Assembly (NCBI GenBank): GCA_965214915.1
Contig: CBDCCP010000003.1
Coordinates: 283,081 to 347,080, forward strand
DNA: 64,000 nucleotides
Reading direction: 5' to 3'
DNA from: Bryobacterales bacterium
Lineage (GTDB): Bacteria > Acidobacteriota > Terriglobia > Bryobacterales > UBA6623
Below the pieces are notes generated by a model. The model was not told the origin of the DNA. It saw only the letters and a list, made by a program, of their open reading frames with translations, and ran no database searches. Below are positions 36,305 to 44,454 of the stretch, in pieces. Every line of letters starts with the position of its first letter. The first letter of the stretch is position 1. Position numbers and translations under genes: made by a program.

Positions 36305-37432
36305 TCAGCCGCCCCAAGTCGGCGGAGAGAGATGCGTATCGGGCGGCAGCGGCAGCTTGACGGGCCGCCTTTCGGCGAACGACAGATACGCGGCCTGGAC
36401 GACTTCGAGCGCTTTGCAGCCGTCGTCGCCGTCGGCCATTGGCGGGTTCTCGCCGCGAACCGCGCCGAAAAAGTTGCGGAACTGTTCCTCGAACGTGCGC
36501 CGGCGAGGCGGCCAAATGTTCACCCAGCCGGGGTCGAGGTCGCCCCACCAGCGCGCGGGCCGGGTCCAGGACAGGATCTCGGGAGGCAACGCCTCCGCCG
36601 GATCGTCTTCCAGGAAGATGGAAACCGGAGCGGATTGAAACGGCGCGGTAATGAATGCGCCCGCGCCCAGCACGGCCTTGTCGCCGAACCACATCGAGGG
36701 CGAGGCGAAGGCGCGGGAGAAACGATGCCAGCTCAGCGAGCCGACCGCGCCGGATTGCATCTTCAACATGAGGACCACGCTGTCGTCCATGTCGTGCGTT
36801 TCCAGAACGGAGGCCATCTCGACATAGACTTCGGCGACGTCGCCGAGCAGGGCGCGGGTTTCGTCGATGCGGTGTTGGCCGACGTCGATCAGGGTGACCC
36901 CCCCGCCTTGCTTCGCGTTGAAGCGGTAGTTGGCGAGACCGCCGGGGATGACCTCGAACGGCTCGCTGACGACTCCGTTGAAAGCGCGCACACTGCCCAG
37001 CAATCCGGCGTCGAGCAGTGTTTTGACGCAGTTGTGCTCGGCGCTGAAGCGGTGGTGAAAGCCGATCTGCAAGACGCGCCCGGCCTGCGCCGCGGCCCGA
37101 CTCATGGCTTGTGCGTCGGCTTGTTTCAGGGCGATCGGTTTCTCGCACAAGACGTGGCGGCCGGCGTCGAAAGCGCATTCGACCTGCTCGCGGTGGAAAG
37201 CATTGGGAGAAGCGACGAGGACGGCGTCGACGCCGTCGGCGCGGACCGCCTCCTCCATCGAAGACGCCGCCAGCGCGATGCCGAAATCCGCCGCGGCCTT
37301 GCGCGCGGCGTCTCGACGGGGATCGAAAATGCTGACCGCCTTGCCTCCGACGGCGGCCAGCGCGGGGAGGTGGCGGGCGCTGACAACCGCCCCCGCGCCG
37401 AGCACAGCGAGTCCGATTGCGGGTTTTTCCAT
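36305..37432 (-). CDS. Gfo/Idh/MocA-family oxidoreductase (no signal peptide)
   Basis: 375-aa ORF. Contains GLAVLGAGAVVSARHLPAL, VLCEKPIAL, and a C-terminal alpha/beta domain. It starts 15 nt after the sulfatase stop. Confidence 0.85.
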   Translation of the reverse strand: MEKPAIGLAVLGAGAVVSARHLPALAAVGGKAVSIFDPRRDAARKAAADFGIALAASSMEEAVRADGVDAVLVASPNAFHREQVECAFDAGRHVLCEKPIALKQADAQAMSRAAAQAGRVLQIGFHHRFSAEHNCVKTLLDAGLLGSVRAFNGVVSEPFEVIPGGLANYRFNAKQGGGVTLIDVGQHRIDETRALLGDVAEVYVEMASVLETHDMDDSVVLMLKMQSGAVGSLSWHRFSRAFASPSMWFGDKAVLGAGAFITAPFQSAPVSIFLEDDPAEALPPEILSWTRPARWWGDLDPGWVNIWPPRRRTFEEQFRNFFGAVRGENPPMADGDDGCKALEVVQAAYLSFAERRPVKLPLPPDTHLSPPTWGG

Positions 37433-37447
37433 GGGCGCGGCCGGCGG

Positions 37448-38944
37448 CTAGAGATTCGCCAGATTCGGGTGCTCCTCGGCCCACTCCATGAACTCTTCGA
37501 CCGTATAGAAAGTTTCGTGCTTGTAGAGGCGTCCGTCGTCTTCGAGCGGCGCGGTCCAGTCGTAGTCCCAGGAATCGCCGACTTTTCCCATCCAGGCGGC
37601 GATCTGCGCTTCGAGCTCTGCGCGGATGGCCTCCGCCGCGGGGTCGGCGGCCAGATTGTCGAGTTCGTAAGGATCTTCTTGCAGATCGTAGAGCACCCAG
37701 GGCTCGTTCTTCTTGCGGGCGTACATGTAGCGCTCGGTGCGCACGCCGCGCCAACCGAACTCGACTCCGCCGGCGTGGAACGGCCCGAATATCTGGAAGT
37801 AAACGCTCTCGGGGCCGCTTTCCGCTTCGCCGCGGATGACGGGCGAAAGCTCCGCCCCCTGCATGTCCGCGGGCGCGTCGAGGCCGCACAGCGACAGCAG
37901 CGTCGGGGCAATATCGACGTGCGAAAAGAACGAATCGGTGATGCGGCCGGGCGCGGCGCCGGGGCAGCGCACGATTCCGGGAACGCGGATCGACTCCTCC
38001 CAAGGCTTGCGCTTGAGCCGCATCCCGTGCGACCCCAGCATGTCGCCGTGGTCGGAAGAGACGACGACCGCGGTGCTTTCGCGCAGCCCGAGGCGGTCGA
38101 GCTCGCCGAGGATGCGCCCGACCTGCTCGTCGACGGCGGTGACCATCGCGTAGTAAGCGGCGATTTCCTTGCGCCCCGGCACGGCGATGTACGGATTCGG
38201 CTCGAGATCGCGGTCGGAAGCATCGCCGTCGAAGTTCGGGCGCAGCGTAATCTCTTGCGGGTCGTACATCTCCATATAGCGGCTCGGCGCAAGGTAGGGG
38301 TCGTGGGGCGGCCCCATTTGCACGGTCAGGAAAAACGGCCGCCGGTCGTTGGCGGACTCTTGCAGGAACTCGATGCCGAGATCGACCCAGGCTTCGGGCT
38401 CGAACGTGTCGATGGGGATCGGCTCGTCGGCATTACGGAAGTAATGCGTGTCGAAGTGCGCATGGCTGACCTGATTGGCCGCCCAGAACTCGAAGCCTTG
38501 GCGCCGCTCTCCCGGCGGCACCCAGCCGGGCTGCCGCTTGCCGCCGTCGAGGTGCCATTTGCCGATGAAGCCGGTGCGGTAACCGGCCTCGCGGTACAAC
38601 TCGGCCAGCGTCGTCTCCGACTCCCGCAGCCGGAAATCGTTGGCAATCATGCCGTTGGCATGGGCGTACTTGCCGGTGAGAATGTTCGCCCGGGCCGGGC
38701 AGCAAACGGGCGTGTTGGCGAAGTGGTTGCGGAACAGCAGCCCTTCGGCGGCCAGCTTGTCGAGATGGGGCGTTTTCACGTCCGGGTTGCCCATGCAGCC
38801 CATCGCCTGGGCCCGCATCTGGTCGGGAAACAGAAACAGGACGTTCAGCGGTTTTGCATCGTTTTCGGGCGGAGGGCCGGCGCCGCACCCCCAGGCGCTC
38901 AGGGCGGCGGCGGAAGAAGCGAGGAAATCGCGGCGCGAGAGCAT
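37448..38944 (-). CDS. Cys-type sulfatase with Tat signal
   Basis: Internal ATG 38944 of ORF 37448..39004(-). Starts MLSRRDFLASSAAALSAWGCG. Contains NVLFLFPDQMR, the C-x-P-x-R motif (PVCCPARANILTG), IGKWHLDG and VVSSDHGD. Confidence 0.9.
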   Translation of the reverse strand: MLSRRDFLASSAAALSAWGCGAGPPPENDAKPLNVLFLFPDQMRAQAMGCMGNPDVKTPHLDKLAAEGLLFRNHFANTPVCCPARANILTGKYAHANGMIANDFRLRESETTLAELYREAGYRTGFIGKWHLDGGKRQPGWVPPGERRQGFEFWAANQVSHAHFDTHYFRNADEPIPIDTFEPEAWVDLGIEFLQESANDRRPFFLTVQMGPPHDPYLAPSRYMEMYDPQEITLRPNFDGDASDRDLEPNPYIAVPGRKEIAAYYAMVTAVDEQVGRILGELDRLGLRESTAVVVSSDHGDMLGSHGMRLKRKPWEESIRVPGIVRCPGAAPGRITDSFFSHVDIAPTLLSLCGLDAPADMQGAELSPVIRGEAESGPESVYFQIFGPFHAGGVEFGWRGVRTERYMYARKKNEPWVLYDLQEDPYELDNLAADPAAEAIRAELEAQIAAWMGKVGDSWDYDWTAPLEDDGRLYKHETFYTVEEFMEWAEEHPNLANL

Positions 38945-39030
38945 CGGCCTCACAATGATAGCGCACCCGCGCGCGCCGGCGGCGCGGACGGCAGTAAGTA
39001 ACAAGGCGTGTTGCAGTAGTTCCGGCGGCG

Positions 39031-39222
39031 ATCGAGGGGTTCAAGCACGGCGGACTCAAGCGGTTCTATAAGCAGCAAGACCCGCGGAAACTACCGGCGG
39101 CAATGCTCGAGAAAATAAGGGCTATCTTGAGACTGTTAGATGCCGGAGATCCGATAACAAAATGCAGAACCCGACAAGGCTTGCATACCCATGAGTTGAC
39201 GGGCAAGGACAAGGGCGCATGG
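39031..39222 (+). pseudogene. higB: higB (RelE/ParE-type killer) remnant lacking a start codon and its C-terminal third
   Basis: In frame with the higA ORF and open from 38998: AIEGFKHGGLKRFYKQQDPRKLPAAMLEKIRAILRLLDAGDPITKCRTRQGLHTHELTGKDKGAW. This matches the HigB pattern ..SFKHKGL..FF..G......H..KL..IL..LD.A.....M..PG..LH.L.G...G.W but stops before the usual SxRVxxxWRxxFxxxDGxxxxVDYxDYH. There is no ATG/GTG/TTG before 39103. Confidence 0.65.
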
Positions 39223-39498
39223 ATGCGGCTAAACCCGGCGCATCCGGGCGAGATATTGAAAGAGGGGTTTTTTGACGATTGGGACGACTACCCCGGCATG
39301 ACCGTAACGGCGGCGGCAAGAAAGATCGGCATGAGCAGGGTTCATCTTTCGTGGATTGTGAACCAACGAGCGCCGATCACGATGGATGTGGCCATGAAGC
39401 TGGAAGCCGTCGGCTGGGACACGGCGGATTCGTGGTTGCAGTTTCAATTGAAGTTCGACCTTGCACAGGAGCGCAAGCGGACAGGCCGCAAGCGATAA
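39223..39498 (+). CDS. higA: HigA-family antitoxin (XRE-type HTH)
   Basis: ATG 39223: MRLNPAHPGEILKEGFFDDWDDYPGMTVTAAARKIGMSRVHLSWIVNQRAPITMDVAMKLEAVGWDTADSWLQFQLKFDLAQ. This is the classic HigA signature (HPGEIL ... HTH ... W...Q..YDL). The ORF track gives a 131-aa fusion starting at 39103. Confidence 0.8.
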   Translation: MRLNPAHPGEILKEGFFDDWDDYPGMTVTAAARKIGMSRVHLSWIVNQRAPITMDVAMKLEAVGWDTADSWLQFQLKFDLAQERKRTGRKR

Positions 39499-39567
39499 CC
39501 CAGGCCGCGCTCGATGCTCGATGACGCCGGCGGACCGGAGCATCGCCCGTAACGGGATCCGACCAAG

Positions 39568-40557
39568 CTAAATTTTCGGTTGCACGGCGGCAATGCCGCG
39601 GGCGGCGAACGCCCGCCGCAATTCCTCGAAATGGGCCGCGTCGCGGTATGTGCCCGTGATCGCGCCGCCCGAGCCGGCGAACTTCGCCGTCGCCCCCGCT
39701 TCGCGCGCGGCGCGGATCATCGCCAGATTTTCTTCGCCGATGCGGTAGATGCGCGAGCGCAGATCGAAGTTGGCGTCGATCAGCTTGTCCAGCTTGGCCG
39801 TGTCGCCGTCGAGCAGCGCCTGCTTGCCTTCCTCGGCCATTCGCGCCCACTCCTGCATGGCGGCGACAACCTCGGGGTCGCCGTCCGCGAACCGGCCGCG
39901 GATGTTGTCGTGGAAGACCTCCGTGCCCTCGCTCAAGTCGGTGCGGTAGGCCACATACAGGTTCGGCAGCAAGGCGGGATCCATCGGGACATATTCGCCG
40001 TAGCCGCGCTCTTCCATCGAATCGCGCGCGAAATCCATGTAAACCGCGCCTTCGTACACGAGAATCACGCGGTCTTGCAAGCCCGCGTTCACGCGCAGCT
40101 CTTTCGTCTCGGTTTCGAGCGCCAGGTTGGCCTGGACCGGCTTTGGAATCGAGACCCCGTAAAACTGCATCAGGGCGCGCAGCGCCGCGACGATAATCGC
40201 CGACGAGCCGCCCAACCCCAGCCGCAGCGGGATATTCGATTCGTATTCGATGGTGAAGTTGCGGTCGTGAAGCGCGATGCCCTCGGCGGCGCAGTAGTCG
40301 GTAAAGCGCATCAACAGCGCGCGGATGATGCGGATTCCGCCGTAGTACCCCCGCCAGAGCGTCGCCGCGCGGAAATCGGCCAAGTTCTCCCAGATCGGGA
40401 TATCGACCGCCGAGGGCTTGATCTCCAGCCGCGCGCTGGGGTAGAGCAAGACGCGGGCGCGGAAGTTCTTCAGCGTAAAGGCGATCGTCTTGCCGAAATA
40501 GCCGTCCGAGGGGTTTCCCAGCAGGCCGGCGCGGGCGTAGGCAACGGTCTCGATCAT
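39568..40557 (-). CDS. GHMP-family sugar kinase (glucuronokinase-like)
   Basis: 329-aa ORF. N-terminal ARAGLLGNPSDGY, GHMP motif II NIPLRLGLGGSSAIIVAAL, and C-terminal KFAGSGGA. Confidence 0.75.
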   Translation of the reverse strand: MIETVAYARAGLLGNPSDGYFGKTIAFTLKNFRARVLLYPSARLEIKPSAVDIPIWENLADFRAATLWRGYYGGIRIIRALLMRFTDYCAAEGIALHDRNFTIEYESNIPLRLGLGGSSAIIVAALRALMQFYGVSIPKPVQANLALETETKELRVNAGLQDRVILVYEGAVYMDFARDSMEERGYGEYVPMDPALLPNLYVAYRTDLSEGTEVFHDNIRGRFADGDPEVVAAMQEWARMAEEGKQALLDGDTAKLDKLIDANFDLRSRIYRIGEENLAMIRAAREAGATAKFAGSGGAITGTYRDAAHFEELRRAFAARGIAAVQPKI

Positions 40558-40575
40558 GTGCCGGAGATAGGCTGC

Positions 40576-40908
40576 TTACTCCTGAGCGGCTGCCTGCTCG
40601 TTCGGGCCGCCGTCGCCGGCGGATTCGATCTCATCCTGCGGCATCAGCACCCAGCAGATGCCGTAGGCCGCCACGCCGGGGAAAGGAGGAACGATGGCGG
40701 CGCATACCCAGACGATGCGGACGAGAGTCGCGTCCTTGGCGAAATAGCGGGCAAAGCCCGAGCAAACGCCGGCCAGCTTGCGCCTGCCCATGTCGCGGCG
40801 GAACAGCCGGGCCGCCGATGCCGCATTCTCTCCGCTCACGCCGCGCCCGCACTCGCGGCAGAAGCGGTCGTCTTCCTCGATCGCATAGCCGCAAGTCGGA
40901 CAAAACAT
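40576..40908 (-). CDS. PspC-domain membrane protein with N-terminal zinc ribbon
   Basis: Internal ATG 40908 of ORF 40576..40992(-). Starts MFCPTCGYAIEEDDRFCRECG. Then LFRRDMGRRKLAGVCSGFARYFAKDATLVRIVWV, which is PspC-like. Confidence 0.7.
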   Translation of the reverse strand: MFCPTCGYAIEEDDRFCRECGRGVSGENAASAARLFRRDMGRRKLAGVCSGFARYFAKDATLVRIVWVCAAIVPPFPGVAAYGICWVLMPQDEIESAGDGGPNEQAAAQE

Positions 40909-41097
40909 CTCAACTATGAGATTATCGCACCGGAGCGGCGTTGACAAGGCGCCGGCGGCAAGCGGCTTCCCTCTGTCCGATCTCCAACGCATCTGCCACC
41001 ACGCGCTTCCCTCCCTGCTACACTCGCTGCATCCGCATTTCCCACGGCCCCTTCAGTTCGTCTTTCCCTTGGACCTGGGAACAGCGCGAGGCCGCAG

Positions 41098-41352
41098 ATG
41101 AGCCGGCATAAGCAGCTTCTGCAGAAGATTCTTGGCGGTCGTTCGGATGCCAATATCCGCTTTGACGACCTGTGCAGTCTGCTCCGGAATCTGGGATTCA
41201 CCGAGTGAATACGCGGAAACCATCATATATTCAGAAGTGAAGGCGTCGTCGAGAGAATCAATCTGCAACGCAGCGACGGCTATGCGAAACCCTATCAAGT
41301 GCGACAGGTCCGTTTAGTGATCCTGAAGTACAAAACGACGGAGCACGAGTGA
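41098..41352 (+). pseudogene. hicA: hicA toxin with an in-frame TGA at 41206-41208
   Basis: Not in the ORF track as one ORF. My translation from ATG 41098 reads MSRHKQLLQKILGGRSDANIRFDDLCSLLRNLGFTE*IRGNHHIFRSEGVVERINLQRSDGYAKPYQVRQVRLVILKYKTTEHE*. The pattern LL..LGF.E(R)IRGSHHIF ... NLQ......KPYQV.QVR.VI is the HicA family, and the stop replaces the usual Arg. The final TGA overlaps the hicB ATG (TGATG). Confidence 0.75.
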
Positions 41353-41564
41353 TGTACAAGTACGAAATCATCCTCTATTGGAGCAGCGCGGACCAAGCTT
41401 TTGTGGCTGAGGCGCCGGAGCTTCCCGGATGTATGGCTCATGGCGGCACGCAGGAAGCTGCTCTCAGGCACGTCAATGAGGCGATGGAGCTTTGGATCGA
41501 TACGGCGAAAGAGTTTGGCGATCCGATACCGGAACCGAAGGGCGAGCGGTTGATGTTGGCATGA
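41352..41564 (+). CDS. hicB: HicB-family antitoxin
   Basis: ORF 41349..41564, with ATG at 41352. MYKYEIILYWSSADQAFVAEAPELPGCMAHGGTQEAALRHVNEAMELWIDTAKEFGDPIPEP has the HicB/UPF0150 fold signature (..F.A.VPELPGC...G.T.EEA...). Confidence 0.8.
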   Translation: MYKYEIILYWSSADQAFVAEAPELPGCMAHGGTQEAALRHVNEAMELWIDTAKEFGDPIPEPKGERLMLA

Positions 41565-41658
41565 CGGTGATTCGGTTGCCTCAAAGTAGTAGTAGCCGAC
41601 ATAATCGGCTACGGGTAGCAGTTGATGTTGGCATGACGGTGATTCGGTTGCCTCAAAG
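41549..41658. repeat. 38-bp perfect direct repeat (x2, 72-bp period) with a hairpin in the spacer
   Basis: gttgatgttggcatgacggtgattcggttgcctcaaag occurs at 41549-41586 (including the last hicB codons and stop) and again at 41621-41658. The spacer holds gtagccga-cataa-tcggctac (41592-41612). Confidence 0.85.
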
Positions 41659-41819
41659 GCAAGCGTTAACCGAAAAACAGGGCCGGGAGCATAAGGGCGC
41701 CGCCGGACCCGCAAGGCGCAAGTCCGCTCCACTCGGCAGCCGCCGTGCGATAAACTGGAACAGAGCCGCGCCGGCTCCGGCGCGCTTACCCTTCCCACTT
41801 GCTGAACTTGAGGATTCCC

Positions 41820-42713
41820 GTGAGCGACTTCGATCGACAGTTCGAGAAAATCAAAACCCGCAACGGCTTCATTGCCGCGTTGGACCAGAGCGGAGGCAGC
41901 ACGCCGAAGGCGCTGAAGCTGTACGGCGTCGACGGCGATGCCTGGTCGAACGACGACGAGATGTTCGCGGTCGTTCACCGCATGCGCTCGCGCATCGTGA
42001 CCAGCCCGGCCTTCCACGGCGACCGCGTATTCGGCGCGATCCTGTTCGAGAACACGATGGACCGCGAGATCGAAGGGCAGCCCTCGGCCGATTACCTGTG
42101 GAACGTCAAGCAGGTGGTTCCTTTCCTCAAGGTCGACAAGGGCCTGGCCGCGGAACAGGACGGCGTGCAGCTCATGAAACCGATGCCGGAGCTGGACGGG
42201 CTGCTTGCCAAAGCGAAATCGAAACGGATATTCGGCACCAAGATGCGCTCGGTCGCCAAGCAGGCGAGCGCGTCCGGCGTCGAAGCCATAGTGAAGCAGC
42301 AGTTCGAGATCGGGCGGCGCATCGCCGCGGCGGGCTTGATCCCCATCATCGAGCCGGAAGTGGACATCCACTGCCCGGACAAAGCTGCGGCCGAAAAGCT
42401 CTTGAAGGCGGAGATCCGCGCCGAGCTGGATCGCTTGGCGCTCGGACAGAGCATCATGCTCAAGCTCACCCTGCCCGAAGAAGACGGCTTCTACGCGGAT
42501 CTCGTGGAGCACGACAGAGTGCTCAAGGTGGTGGCGCTGTCCGGCGGCTACTCGCGCGAAGAGGCCAACCGGCGCCTCGCCCGCAACCCCGGCGTCGTGG
42601 CCAGTTTCTCGCGCGCGCTGGCGGAAGGGTTGAGCGTCCGGCAGAGCGACGCCGAGTTCAACGCCATGCTGGATCGGACGATCGCCGGCATCTACGCCGC
42701 CTCGATCGCTTGA
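41820..42713 (+). CDS. fda: Class I fructose-bisphosphate aldolase (Staphylococcus Fda type)
   Basis: Lies in ORF 41799..42713. GTG 41820 is preferred (GAGGA 6 nt upstream). Contains NGFIAALDQSGGSTPKALKLYGV, GAILFENTMDREIEG, VPFLKVDKGLA, FGTKMRS, IIEPEV, LKLTLPE, VVALSGGYSREEAN. Confidence 0.9.
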   Translation: MSDFDRQFEKIKTRNGFIAALDQSGGSTPKALKLYGVDGDAWSNDDEMFAVVHRMRSRIVTSPAFHGDRVFGAILFENTMDREIEGQPSADYLWNVKQVVPFLKVDKGLAAEQDGVQLMKPMPELDGLLAKAKSKRIFGTKMRSVAKQASASGVEAIVKQQFEIGRRIAAAGLIPIIEPEVDIHCPDKAAAEKLLKAEIRAELDRLALGQSIMLKLTLPEEDGFYADLVEHDRVLKVVALSGGYSREEANRRLARNPGVVASFSRALAEGLSVRQSDAEFNAMLDRTIAGIYAASIA

Positions 42714-42764
42714 GGCCGCCGGGCGCGGAGCGCCGGTAAAATTTTCGGGCGCTATATTCGTGTT

Positions 42765-44402
42765 GTGAGGCGCAAGGCGCGGCTACGGTTTCCGGCTGTG
42801 CTGCTCGTTTGCGGCGCGGCCTACGCGGACGGCCCCGTGCGCTTCGAAAATATCGCCGCCGAAGCCGGGCTGACTTTCACGCTCGACAACGACGCAACCC
42901 CGCGCAAGCGTCTCATCGAGACGATGGCCGGCGGAGTCGCCGTGTTCGATTACGACGGCGATGCGCTGCCGGATATTTTTTTCACCAACGGCGCGGCCGG
43001 CTCCGAGTTGGTCAAGTCGGACGAGAAATTCCTCAACCGCCTGTTCCGCAACGAAGGCGGTTGGCGCTTCCGCGACGTCACCGCCGAAGCCGGCGTCGGC
43101 GGCGCCGGATATTCCATGGGCGCCGCGGCGGGCGATTTCGACAACGACGGCGACGTCGATCTGTTCGTCGCCGGCGTGTTCCGCAATCTGCTCTACCGCA
43201 ACGAGGGAGACGGCGCCTTCCAGGAAATTACCGCGCAAGCGGGAATCGCGAGCGACCGCTGGTCCGTGGCCGCCGGGTGGTTCGACTACGACCGCGACGG
43301 CCTGCTCGACCTTTTCGTCGTGAACTACGCGGAATGGTCCGTCGAAGAAGACCGCTTCTGCGGCGACCGCGCCGCGAACCTGCGCGTTTACTGCCACCCG
43401 AAATACTTTGCTCCGCTCGCCAACCGGCTCTACCGCAACCTCGGCGGCGGACGCTTCGAAGACGTGTCCGCGTCCTCCGGCGTCGGCGCCCACAAGGGGC
43501 GCGGCATGAGCGTCGCCTTCGCCGATTACGATGCGGACGGCTTCCCCGACGCCTTCGTGACCAACGACAACCTGCCGAACTTTCTTTTCCGCAACAACGG
43601 AGACGGAACGTTCGCAGAGGACGCGCTGCTCGGCGGCGCCGCGCTGCTCGATCACGGCAAGCCGGTGGCTTCGATGGGCGCCGACTTCCGCGACTACGAC
43701 AACGACGGGCGGCCCGACATTCACGTCACCGCCCTCTCGGGCGAGACGTTTCCGCTGTTCCGCAACGAGGGGGACGGCTTTTTCTCCGACGCGACTTTTT
43801 CCAGCGGGATCGCCAAGGCCGTCGCCGACAAGGCCGGCTGGTGCAACGGTCTCGTCGATTTCGACAACGACGGCGATAAAGACCTTTTCACCGCCAACTC
43901 ACATGTCAACGACCTGGTCGAGCGCACCGAAAACTACCGCTACGAGCAGACGAACAGCCTGCTGCTGAACGACGGCGGGCGCTTCATCGACCGCTCGGCG
44001 GCGGCCGGTCTCGCCACCGCTGCGGCGCACCGCGGCTGCGGGTTCGCCGACTTCGACAACGACGGCCTGATGGATATCGTGGTCAGCAGCCTGAACGCGC
44101 CGGCCGAGCTGTGGCGCAACGCGACGGCGACGGAGAACCGCTGGGCGCGCTTCAAGCTCGTCGGCCGGCGGAGCAACCGCGACGGCTTCGGGGCGCGCGT
44201 GCGCATAGGCGGGCAGTGGAACGAGGCGGGCAGCGCGGTGGGCTACGCTTCGTCGAGCCACGCGGGGGTTCACTTCGGGCTGGGTTCGGCGGCGACTCTC
44301 GAGGAAGTCGAAATCCTGTGGCCGAGCGGCGTCCGCCAGGTTTTGCGCGATGTTGCCGTAGATCGGGTGGCGACCGTTCGCGAGCCTGATCCGGAACCGT
44401 GA
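42765..44402 (+). CDS. CRTAC1-family protein (FG-GAP/VCBS repeats + ASPIC/UnbV C-terminal domain)
   Basis: 545-aa ORF with a GTG start and a signal peptide (FPAVLLVCGAAYA). Repeated DYD.DG.PD.FV.N motifs. The C-terminus NRDGFGARVRI...HFGLG....E.EI.WPSG is UnbV/ASPIC-like. Confidence 0.85.
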   Translation: MRRKARLRFPAVLLVCGAAYADGPVRFENIAAEAGLTFTLDNDATPRKRLIETMAGGVAVFDYDGDALPDIFFTNGAAGSELVKSDEKFLNRLFRNEGGWRFRDVTAEAGVGGAGYSMGAAAGDFDNDGDVDLFVAGVFRNLLYRNEGDGAFQEITAQAGIASDRWSVAAGWFDYDRDGLLDLFVVNYAEWSVEEDRFCGDRAANLRVYCHPKYFAPLANRLYRNLGGGRFEDVSASSGVGAHKGRGMSVAFADYDADGFPDAFVTNDNLPNFLFRNNGDGTFAEDALLGGAALLDHGKPVASMGADFRDYDNDGRPDIHVTALSGETFPLFRNEGDGFFSDATFSSGIAKAVADKAGWCNGLVDFDNDGDKDLFTANSHVNDLVERTENYRYEQTNSLLLNDGGRFIDRSAAAGLATAAAHRGCGFADFDNDGLMDIVVSSLNAPAELWRNATATENRWARFKLVGRRSNRDGFGARVRIGGQWNEAGSAVGYASSSHAGVHFGLGSAATLEEVEILWPSGVRQVLRDVAVDRVATVREPDPEP

Positions 44403-44454
44403 TGAGAGTGGAAAGCGAAAAGTGGAAAGTGGAAAGCAAGACCGTCGCGGACCG

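Noticed and set aside
35564-39001. 1,145-aa ORF on the plus strand
   Set aside because: It spans three well-supported minus-strand genes (molybdoenzyme, Gfo/Idh/MocA, sulfatase) in antisense. It is a shadow ORF.
39103-39498. 131-aa ORF as a single genuine gene
   Set aside because: Its first 40 residues are the middle of a HigB-like toxin and the rest is a complete HigA. I interpret it as a toxin remnant plus antitoxin rather than one functional protein.
41206-41208. In-frame TGA of hicA read as selenocysteine or programmed readthrough
   Set aside because: I see no SECIS-like hairpin immediately downstream. The family has Arg at this position, so a CGA-to-TGA nonsense mutation is the simpler explanation.
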